Shown here: positions 51,701 to 63,700 of the stretch, piece after piece
Layout: every line of letters starts with the position of its first letter
How positions within the stretch are numbered: position 1 is the first letter of the stretch
DNA from: Botryllus schlosseri
Lineage: Eukaryota
Direction: 5' to 3'
Assembly (NCBI GenBank): GCA_051294905.1
Contig: CM119384.1
Span: forward strand, 4,588,001 to 4,652,000
DNA: 64,000 nt
The notes under the pieces: model-generated
Databases searched by the model: none
What the model was told of the DNA's origin: nothing
The model's input: the letters and a program-made list of their open reading frames with translations, nothing else
Position numbers and translations under genes: made by a program

Positions 51701-54700
51701 ACGTGCTCCTGAGCTGATAGCTGCGCACTATTTGCATCCGGGCATGCTCCGGAGCTGATAGCTGCGCATTATTTGAACCCATACGTGCTCCGGAGCTGAT
51801 AGCTGCGCACTATTTGAACCCAGACGTGCTCCTAAGCTGATAGCTGCGCACTATTTGAACCCAGACGTGCTCATGAGCTGATAGCTGCGCACTATTTGAA
51901 CCCAGACGTGCTCCTGAGCTGATAGCTACGCACTATTTGCATCCGGGCATGCTCCGGAGCTGATAGCTGCGCACTATTTGAACCCAGACGTGCTCCTGAG
52001 CTGATAGCTGCGCACTATTTGAACCCAGACGTGCTCCTGAGCTGATAGCTGCGCACTATTTCAACCCAGACGTGCTCCTGAGCTGATAGCTGCGCACTAT
52101 TTGCATCCGGGCATGCTCCTGAGCTGATAGCTGCGCACTATTTGAACCCAGACGTGCTCCTGAGCTGATAGCTGCGCACTATTTGCATCCGGGCATGCTC
52201 CGGAGCTGATAGCTGCGCAATGTTTGAACCCAGACGTGCTCCGGAGCTGATAGCTGCGCACTATTTCAACCCGGACGTGCTCCGGAGCTGATAGCTGCGC
52301 CCTAAACGATACGTGACCTTTAAATGACCTGTATGTCTGCGATTTTTGGTGATAGCTGCGATAGCTGTGATAGCTGAGTATATCCACAAGTGATAGCTGC
52401 GATAGCTGCGGGAGCTGCGATAGTGGAGTATATCCACGGGGCCTAGAGGGGTGATAGAGTGGAAATATAGTAACTAGGGCATGGGGTGTCAAACATACGG
52501 CCCGCGGGCCACATCCGGCCCGTCAGACCATTTCATCCGGCCCGCGAGGTCATTCTGAATAAATTGAAAATTTATTGTATTATACAGCACATTTCTAATG
52601 GAATTAAATGTCGAACATGTTTATCGGCCACACTATTACCATCTGTCGACAGTGTTGATTTCTAACTCAAGTAGCCTAACTATCAGGAACAAGGCAGTGA
52701 CATTGACACTGCATAATGGGAAAGCAAAAAAGTGCCCTTACTGTTCAGAGTTTTCTGGGAAAGAGGACCAAATAATAGGTATTCACAGAGGCAGAAACGA
52801 CAATGAAACGGCTTCCATTAGAAATGTGCTGTATAATACAATAATTTTTCAATTTACTCAGAATATATGAATATTAGACATGAATATTATAATAGATACA
52901 CGAAGCATAGAATTCAAATATCTCTGGTCGCACTGCTGGTAACATTACTCGCTGACCCCGGTCTCCAGAGAAATCGAATAGTAAATTGGTCATATAAAAA
53001 TGATGAACAAAATTCCTGCGACCTCGTTTACAATCTCTTATATTCCTCACAACAAATACGCAGGGCTCACGACGCATCACGATTACAGCAAGACATTATT
53101 GAAATCTTCCAAGTTATATCTTCGTTAGATACTTTGTTTAGAGGTTTACAACTGAATTCAATCGTCAAATCATCGCATATTGTCAATTCCATTGTCTGCG
53201 AATAACGGTGTCGCTAGAATAGGGCCCATATGATCCGTGATATAATATATTATAGTATTTCGCCTGTAGGTTGAAAATACAGCATTCCAGTGAAAAACAA
53301 AGGTATGTAGGCTATTTGGACTTTCGAGGTAACATTTTGGGTCATTTGACTATGGTCCGGCCCGCGAGCGATCAAAACATTTGAATCTGGCCCGCGACCC
53401 GAGTTGAGTTTGACACCCCTGAACTAGGGTATTGTATGTTTATATTGGTGATCCAACAGGCATTCCATTGAAATTTCGAAGAATAGTAAAATTACCGCAT
53501 TATTGGTAGTTCTATCTCTTCAGTGCCGATACACGAACAATACACCCATAAACATTCTTTTATCTATAATAATAATAACCATGTCAAGCATAAGAAAAAT
53601 TGGTGTATACGTGCATTATGAATGCGCGGCAAAGTTGTAGAAATGTAAGCTGAGCATGACTTGTACTCATCTCTGTACAAGTGTACAAACAGTGACCACT
53701 GACCCTTACGACTTGGACACGGGCTCGACTCTCAACACTACGACTCGCACTCAATCCTTTGCAGCCTGACTTTACTCGAGTCAAGGTGTAAAAGTATGGC
53801 TAACTTGTGACTCAGAACATTATGACTCTGTTTCAACCTTGTGTAAATGTATTATATGTAATGTTGTGTCAAAATAAAGGAAATCGGCCTGGTGTAAATG
53901 GCCACTGTAGTCGAAAACGCCACGAATACCACAAACAAACAAACTCCTTGTGTTACGTGATAATCATCTTGATTGTTATAACCTTAACTATCATCTGCAG
54001 GATGCAACTTAGTTTGCCTAAATGGAGGTTATTGTCTGGGAGAATCTGCATGTCAATGTCAACAAGGATACTACGGATATCGCTGCAGCTATGGTAAGCA
54101 ATTATAAATGCAATTGAAATTTGCATTTTTCTGAATTGAGCATAGCTGCCAGTCAGTAACTTTTATCGTTTTTATGAATGCATTGTAATTTCCTGTTCAC
54201 ATCAGGGGGATATGATAGACCACCAGGTTTGCCACTGCAGAATAATGTATGGAACACCAGCATGTGTGTATTGTATGGGACTGGTCATGTAATCACTTTT
54301 GATGGCTACGCTTACGATTTTCCTGGAGCATGTCAATACGAGATGGCATCATCTTCAAATTCTCACGACTTCAAGGTACACCCTGTGTTCCCTTTTGATT
54401 GCATTGTCTTGTTGAATTTTATTGTTGGTAAGCTTGACTGTGACATGCAGTCAGGTTACATTTTATACTGCGGTAATTTGAAATTGTATCAGCTGTATGC
54501 ATTCATATTGTCCAGGTACTTGTTCGTCGAAATCCTGCCTGTATTTCTGGTGGAGAGTATCGATTTGATGCTATGCCTTGCATTACTGGCGTTAGCATAC
54601 TGGTTGGTCAAGCCAGCAAAATTTCAATAACGGGCTCCACTGTTGAAGTGAATGATCAAAGGTAAAGTTTGCTACTTCATTACTATAAATTATTGACCTG

Positions 54701-57700
54701 GAGATCTTGTATCAAGTGTTTAAGTTGTTGCAAATATATTTCAGATATCAATGATGATAAAGTATTAACTTGATACTAACATATTTTTTGATACAATACT
54801 GTATAATTTTGAAAACAACTGAAATCTGATAGGCGGAAGTGATATTTCCAGATAAAAAGTGGCATATTACCAATACATTTTAACTCGATGGCATATGTTT
54901 ATATTGTTTCCTGATGTATGAGCAATTGAGCATGAGCATGCAATTCAATGAAAGACAGCAGTTGAGCATAAAACTAATCCACATGCTGCATTCTTGTATG
55001 TGACTTATACATACGAATTATGATTTGAATTTTCTCTTATGGACATCACTCCTTATCAAATATAAATGTATTACATATATAATATATGTTGCCATTTGGT
55101 ATGAAGTTTATTACAACCGTGGCTGGAATATCCTTTCGGTCTTTCAAGTTATTTCATGTGACAATGTGATTGCTCGCGTGACAAATTGTCCTCGTGATAA
55201 TCTTTCAGCTACTATGGAATTGTTGCTGATTTGCAGCTTCTGACACTTTAATTTCTGAGCTCTTTCTTCAATATATATCCTTATTTTTAGCATTTCCATG
55301 CCATACGACGGGTACGGATTGCTGATAAGCAAAATGGACCCATATGTTATCGTCAGAGTCGGAGACATGGTGTTGAGATGGGATCATCTTTTGGGTGCGG
55401 TGTATGTGGTACTGCATGGCGATCGATATTTGAATGACACTGCTGGCCTGTGTGGAAAGTTTGACCACAATAGAGACAATGACATTACCAACCGTGCATG
55501 TAAGTCTAATGATGAAATGATTTACTAGAAAAAATAAATCCAATATACAGAATCTTATGTAAATCAACGAGTTAAGTATGCAAAATTGTTAATGATGGGC
55601 TAGTGTGTCCACAAATATTCTCCTCGTATTTTTTAATTAGATCATATCCACTTACAGACTTCAAACTCGGGCAAAATTATTATTTAATGCATTTACATGT
55701 GTTCTTCTAATGACATGTTTGTTTTCAAATGTGGTAATAATTCCAGTTATAACTACCAAAAATGATTACCGGTATTGATATTTTATGATGCAATATGATA
55801 CATCCGTATTGAACAGAGCCATCCAATTGTATTCATGAGGTAAGTCCCGTATATCTCTTTTAAATCCTTTTATTTTCAATACATAAATTCAACCATGAGC
55901 AATTGAGTATCCATTTCAATCAAATTCATTACATCGCATTACATTTTATCGCATTGTATATGTGTGCGTCTTGTGATGAAAATATAACTCAACGATTATT
56001 GATTGCCACAATTTTTATTGCTCACATTTTCAAACATTTTCGGAAATGAATTTATGTTGTCATGTTTACCAGATAGTCACAGGCGTAAAGTGTTTTCCTC
56101 AATATATTATCTATATTACATAAATATTGCAGTGGACACTATTCGTCTTTCCACCGATGGAATCCATTTAATGGCAAAATCCTGGAAAGTAAACGATAGA
56201 AACGAAGAATGTGCAGATACCATGGACCTGGCTGAGGATAATGTAACTCAATGTGTACAGCAAGAGGTAAGATTTGGACTTCAAATTTCATTTTCATGTG
56301 CGTCTAATTGATCAGTGACATTGATCATGTTATATGAGATGTCTAACGATTTTCCTTGATGGTTCGTACTATAAATTTGCACACCATCAAATATGTGCCA
56401 GATTCAATTTGATTCTGTATACCGGTATATATTTATCCACACCACATTGTTACTATTGCAGGATGTTGTGAGGATATGCAATTTTCTGTGGTTGAGCTTT
56501 TTCGAAGACTGTCACTCTCAAGTACCAGTTCACGTATTCGAAGAATTGTGCCACCAAGAACTATGCCGGTGTGATTATCTCAGTACTGTGGAGTGTCATT
56601 GCAATATCATAACACAATACTCGAGGTTTTGTGCGGCAGCAAAAGGAAAACCTTCAAGTTGGCGGACTCCCACTACTTGCGGTAGGTTAGACTTGATAAA
56701 ATATGAAGTAGAACTTTTTATGACATCCTACATCATCGTATAATATATTTTAGGATTTCCAATAAGATGCAGCTTTTTGTAAGGATTGTCTTTCTGCATA
56801 CTTGTTGGAAATTTCTGTTCACTACAAAAAAGCAGTAATGTTCGGCTATATATGTATTATCGTATAAATTATGAGGTGTCAACATCATTCTGTGACATTG
56901 ATACTTGTACAAGGTCAATTTTAAATATGTGTCTTAAGAAATGGTGCCGTCAGAAATTGCTTGTCTTCAACTTCGGTGAACATTGCAAAATCTGAACATC
57001 AAGTGCTTTGTATCATTGGTTGCTTGTCAAACTTTCAGAAAAAAAATGTGACTGGGGCCAGGTTTGGACTGAATGTGGAGAGGAATATCCTTCCACTTGT
57101 TCTGTGCCGTGGACCGTGTTCAACCAGGGATGTATAGATAGATGCCAGTGCCCGGAAGGTAAAGATGCTAGCTTGATGGTTTGTGTTTTCGAAGATGTGT
57201 GCTGAGAATATCATAATGCAACAATTTATATACGTTTTCATTTGGCGATAAATCAAAAAAATATATGATTTCTGTTTTAAAATACTCCCAGAAGTTGAAA
57301 TTTTAGATTACTTTGTAGCAAACAGCAAACAGATCTCTAAGGTATTGTCATTTATTTTGCTTCAACACCTGATGAAGGAGCGGTGATCCGAAAGCTCATG
57401 TGTCGATAGCCGATTGTTCATAGTGTACATGCGCGACAAGATATCAACATCCTAAGTAAATTTAAATGTAACCTCTAATCTTGATTCCTTAAAGTCATAT
57501 AATAGATCAGAAATCGCTATCGATTTCTAGACTGGGACTCAGTTTATATTGCTTTAATTTCTGACAAATGTATAATTTAAACACTCTGTTGGGTGTGAAA
57601 GTGGTGTATTCCAAGATACTGTAATAACAACGTTTGCGAAATTATTTTATAATGAGGAAATATCGGTAGCAAGTATACAGAAACGCGTTTTACACTCTGC

Positions 57701-60700
57701 TCAATATCAACGTAGCAATACTCAGACGCCGAATACATTGTCCGGTCTGGCCTAGATCGTTAAGGCGTAAGCTTATATTCACATGCAAGTTGTCGTCGTG
57801 ATTGTTGGCAAATCGATGAAAGATATTGATTTTATGGGATTATATTATCATTTGATTACCCCAGTTGATACATTTGGCGACTTTTCAAACGTCAATATGT
57901 ACTTCAGTATTGTCACATTATATGGCCCGAGTCGTCGAGTATCGTGTACATTATTATAGGCTATCACTTCACTGAAATGTAGGGTTGGAATTAGCAATAT
58001 GACGTCACGTGACGTCATGAGGTTCACGTTCGCGTTCACACAGAACCTTTCAGAGGTTCACACCATCCCTAGTAATTATGCTCGTCAACACTATGAGATG
58101 ACACGAATTCTATAACTTTATCAGGTACTCAGGTATGAACTCATTCTCTTCATAGCTGTGCTTTCTTTTTGATAGGCACATACCACCATGGTTCTCAATG
58201 TGTAAATGAGGCAAACTGCCCATGCATACATAATAATGTGGAATACAAGCCTGGGGAAAAGGTGTCATTGTACAATTGCCATACCTGGTAAGGACAGACA
58301 CATGTTAATCCGTACTCGAGTGATCGTATTTGATGTTTGATTTTGCAGTATCTGCACCATGGGCGAATGGTCATGTGATGACGCAACGTGTCCTGGAACA
58401 GCATTTATTCATGGATTTTCACATTTCAAAACGTTTGACGACAATTTTTTCACCTTTCAGGGCAAATGCAAGTAAGAATCAACGTCAGAGTTATCACTGG
58501 TTCAAGTGTGGTAGCGCCGTCATTATATTATGAAAATAGGGCCCAGGGTCAAGGGTAGACCATGGAACTGATCATTAGGCCTTTTTAATCTCTCCATAAA
58601 TTGTTAATTCATTAGCCACAAGAGTTAAAAATCTTGTCAATTCTAGAGTTTCTATCAATGTTTGATATATTTTTTAGGCACAGTGATATTGTATGATGTG
58701 TTTTGTAGATATCTGTTGGCTGAAGACACCGGCAAAAGCTTCTCAATCATTATCGAAAATTCCGATTGTGGCGCAGATCCCGGGATTACATGCACGAAGT
58801 CATTCACTGTGACGCTTCGTTCATACGGAGCAGAACAGGTGCGTGGAATATTCACATATCTATTATTATGATTATCTTTTATTACTGTTTTGTTCCAACT
58901 TGATACCGGGGACCATATTCTATAAAATAATCTGTCTGTTGTGTTCCAGGAAATCAAATTTCGTTACGGTGGTACCGTAAGCATCAACCACTTTGATGTT
59001 CAACTGCCGTATATATCAGGTATGGCAATTCTAGTACCTTTAATTGATATTCTGTAACTTGGTCACACTTAACCTTCTAAAGGGTTTGACGGGCACATCC
59101 TCCACACATTGTCTTGCAGTCTCACGATGAAAAGAAGGCCGTTGCAGGTCTGGTGCGAGACACTTGTTACTTTTTATTCTTTTTTAGGTGGTCTCATTGT
59201 AGAAAGGGAATCATCGTTATCGTACTTGGCAAGAGATGTTACCACTGGGTTAGAAATTTCCTGGAACGGGAAAGGCGTAGCATTTTTCACAATACCACAG
59301 AAATATGCAGGTTGGTCAATTGTTTTTGCATTCTTTGGATTGTCGGATGATTTTATACTGTTTGAATTTCTTAAAATTTAGAGCAAGTCAGAGGATTGGT
59401 TGGAAATTACGATTCAAATGCAGCAAACGATTTTGTTACATCTGGCGGAGTAATCGATGAGAGGGTGATTTCGTTTGGAAATTCTTGGAAGTTGGGCATC
59501 AACTGTCCCGATGCTATTTCTGACGAAACAAAACCGTGTCAAATAAACAGTCAAAGAGGTTGGTAATTATAATTGGCTGTGCATTGTACATAGTCTAAAA
59601 ATATAGCTAAAACTCGTCTGCCGGATCTTGAAAATTCAACATTCACTCTTGCATTCGCAATGGTGATCATATTTTCCTCTGAATCAATACTCAATTACCA
59701 GTGGCGAGATAGCGCAGTGGTATAATCCGCGGCTGCAACACCAATGGGTGCGGGTTCGAGTCCGACCGAGGTCGACTTCCGAATTCCGATACCTAAGTGT
59801 TGGAGGTTTACCTAGGCTCCTCCTCGCCACTTCATCTGCGTCAGCGGTGTCTTACAAAAGCCTAGAGGTGGGCCGTGCTACAAATCGGCAGTTACGGAAA
59901 AATAAGAAGAATATCGGCCTGGTGTAAATGACCATAGTAGTCGACGAACACCATGAATACCCCAAAAACAAACAAACTCAATTACCAGACAGATTCATAA
60001 TTTACAAGTCCCTGTTTCAAAATTTATTAAGCTACTCAAGGGGATGAAAAATTTGCTTGTGAACAAATAAACTGTGTATATCTATAAAATGCCTAAATTA
60101 TATCGTATGATACTTGATAAGATGTTTCCTGATATATTTTAAGACCAGTCATGGGAACGAAAGGAAATTCTTGAATACATATGTCAGACTTTAATGTATA
60201 TTTATAACTGACTGTAACAGACTGTATCTGTATAACAGATCTGCTTTAATATTTGCTAGTGATGCTAGAAAGGCCAAAGTCATCCATATCATTCTTGTTC
60301 CAGAGCCGTATGCAAAAGAGATGTGCGCAAAGCTGTATGGGGATACGTTCCGGTCGTGCAACGATGTAATCGACCCGATTCCATATCATAAAAATTGTTT
60401 GTATGACGTTTGTGAATGTCAAGGTGACATGGAAAGAGATTGTGTTTGCGATTCTCTGGCCGTTTATGCCAGAGCCTGCTCATTCAAAGGTGTCACCTTG
60501 AAGTGGAGAGCGAGTGGATTTTGTGGTATGAATATGAATATCTCTCGCATATATAACAGTTGATATAGGCCTTTATGTGCAATATCCCCTTTGTACATCT
60601 GTGTAATCTTTCGTGATTGACTAAATGCTTGGAAAGAATACTAGTTGAGGCATGAACTGTAGTTTTTTTACCTAATAGGTTCAATCTGATAATAATTCGT

Positions 60701-63700
60701 TATTGTATCACAACATAATCTTTACACTTGGAAATATTATCTTAATGTATTAGTGGGTTCTATACAATGTTCCCTCTAAGCTGCGCACGTACGCAAATGC
60801 GCAGTGCTGACATGGTCTCTGCGCACAGGAAATCCAAGTTGCGCACAAAAAATCCAAAGTTATGACCTTTTTGGAGTCGTTACGCACTATTGTCCAATAG
60901 GGCTCTTCAAAAATGACTTCTTTTCTCATATCGTACTGGCTATTTGATACAATTGTTAGGTTACCTAATTTAAGCCTACACACAAAAATTGGTTCAATTC
61001 CAGGCAGTAACCGCTTTGCTACAGGAGAAGAAAGTTTCTATTTATTATATAAAAATAAATGATAAGAAATTTGAACATTTTCTATTCACTCCATGAAAGT
61101 GTTAGGCTGTCTATAGAAACGATGCTCACCAAATTTGGTTCAATTCCAACCAGTGGAAGCGAAGTTATTGCCATCGAAAAATTCGGATTCGAATAAAATA
61201 GTATTTACGGTGACCACAACTATAATAAATAAACAAAGAATCGGTCACCGTAAATACTGTTTCATGGGGTGAATAGAAAATTTTCAAATTTTTTATTATT
61301 TATTTTTATATGATAAATAGAAACTTTCTTCTCCTGTAGCAAAGCGGTTACTGGCTGGAATTGAACAAAATTTTGTGTGTAGGCTTAAATTAGGTAACCT
61401 AACAATTTTATCAAGTAGCCAGTACGATTCGAGAAAATAAGTCATTTTTGAAGAGCCCTATTGTCCAAGGGTCTGCGCAGTGAGTTTGTGAGTGTGCGCA
61501 GACTCGTCAAAAATTAGAGAGAACATTGGTTCTATACTCATAAGCGTCTCTTGGTTAACATAATCAATGTTGTAATGCTGGTCGTAATAATATCGATGCT
61601 TATATCAGAAGTGGTACGTTTTCACAGATGCTCAATGTACTGGAGGCGAGGAATTTCAGCTTTGTGGCAGCTCCTGCAAACGGACTTGCCGATCATTGTC
61701 TCTTCCGGAACTTTACTGTACAGCGAACTGTGTCGAAGGTTGCAACTGTCCAGCTGGGCTCTACAGAAATCCTGAAGGTACTCACGTTTATGTGTTTGTA
61801 GGTTCGCTGTCTGGTATGTATCCTTGCATTCAGGTGTATGCGTTGAAAAGGAATTTTGCCCTTGCTACAATTTGGGAATGTGGTACGAGCCTGGACAAAC
61901 CATTCACCATGTCGGAATTATGTGGTGAGATGATTTAGATATATAATTCTAATATAATTTTCACTTTTTCCATGATAATTTAGCTTGAATTTAGCTCCAT
62001 CACAATATCTAACAGTATATAAATATTGTGACTTATATGTGCAAGTTGTTTTTAAAGACGTTCCTCATCTCACCATGAGCTGCCAAATATTGTTGTAGGT
62101 TTTTTTCATTCAATATTGTGAGGATTGTCGGATACATTATGTGTGAGCATTGCAAAATCTGAAAGATGAAAACAATAGCTCTAATTTTATGATCTTATGT
62201 AGCGAAAACATACATTAATATGTATGAATGAGGCGCCCATCTTTTTCCAGCCAATGCGTCGCTGGGGTGTTGAAATGTGAAGGCGAGGGCACTTTTCCCA
62301 CCATATGCCCGATCGGTCAAGTTTACAGGAATTGTACCGCTGAAACGATAGCTGCATCAGCATGGATTGGCGGGATAGAATGCGCAAAAACTTGTCAAAA
62401 CAGAGACCTGTCTTGCCCTAAAGTTGGTTGTGAATCAGGTATATTGAGAAGACCATTGGTTTGTTCTGTTGATTTAATCCACTACCAGCTGCATCTGTAT
62501 ATTTTTCCATGTACAATTTACATGGCCTGTTTGTGAAAAGTTTATAATGTAGTGGTAATTAATAACTCAGTATTGTCGGAATATCTAAATATCGATTGAA
62601 ATATTCTTTAAGCGGTGTTCAACCATTTATTATCAGGATGCATGTGCCCTGATGGACTAGTTCTTCACCAGGAAAAATGCATTTCACCCACGGATTGTCC
62701 CTGCTATCACAACTACGAATATTACGACAACGGCAAGGAAATACAATTAGATTGCAACACATGGTATGTCTTTTTTGGCTATTTGCAGTGACCATCTGAA
62801 CATGAACAGAAACTACATTATCCCTAATCCACAACATTCCATATTTAGCAGTACCATGTCTAGTTTATATACTAATGTGTAGCATATGAAGTTTCCACCA
62901 TGTTTCACAGCACTTGTAAATCCGGTAAATGGTCATGTACTAAAGTTATGTGCGACGGTGAGTGTCATGCTATCGGCGAATCCCATTTCTCGACATTTGA
63001 CGGGAAAGAATTTGATTTTAAAGGAGACTGCGAATACCTTTTAGTTCGGGTATGTCTAATATTTTCCTCTTATTCCTCCTTTTTTTATATAATTGTGGGA
63101 TTTGCAGGACTTCTGTGGGAACAACCCTGAAAATGGCACGTTTGTTATCTCATATATGTCAAACTTATGCGAAACCTTGGGATATACATGTTCGCGGACA
63201 GTACATATCACACTCGGGGTGAGAATCAATGATTTCTTGCCGTAGCAAAGTGGTACCGGTATCATTGGTGGAGTTATGAATATAAGGAATCCCATCCACA
63301 TGAATTGCATAACAATCCGGAAACACACTTATTTCAAGTTCAATACATTGTCAGTCAGCATTGTTAGCAATTCATCTTACTTGCATATTGAAATGTAAAT
63401 TGCCGTTTTCATTGATCCTTGTATTAGTTGATACTTGCTATATCTCAAACATCACATTGAATGGTAGCAATCTCTGAAATTCTTTTTCTGTTTTTCACAA
63501 AGAAATTTTCCATATTTATAAACCGCATGCAACAATCTATTTCTAGCACTCATTAATAACTTTGAAGTCCGGTGTAGCACCGATCGTGGCAGAAAATCCA
63601 AATCCTCTTCAGCAAGGCATTCCGTTTCAAATATCGAATCATGGATTCTTTGTCTATGTCACTACTGGTATCGGTGTGAGAGTCTTGTGGGATCAAGCCA

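Larger units (their letters stand above)
49053..52443. mobile_element. 3.4-kb foldback element with GG..CC termini, 8-bp TSD and internal 41-bp tandem arrays (Merlin-like, inferred)
   Basis: GGCCCCGTGGATATACTC...GAGTATATCCACGGGGCC; perfect TSD TAGAGGGG (49045-49052, 52444-52451). The about 140-bp unique TIR is followed by inverted minisatellite arrays. Confidence 0.8.

Noticed and set aside
51491-52300. CRISPR-like array
   Set aside because: The units are contiguous 41-bp tandem repeats with no unique spacers, there are no cas genes, and the context is a eukaryotic intron.
52097-52492. Repetitive 131-aa ORF, and the 49001-49237 ORF
   Set aside because: These are translations of the minisatellite and TIR sequence; the 41-bp period shifts frame with every unit.
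53584-53790. ORFs or Thr-rich candidate exon upstream of the EGF exon
   Set aside because: There is no in-phase donor before the stop, and the sequence resembles GACTCGA-type repeat debris.
61834-62300. Apparent missing Cys in the E2 module (HHVGIMCQC)
   Set aside because: As I recall, gel-forming mucins such as MUC2 have the same reduced pattern at this position, so it is not unusual.
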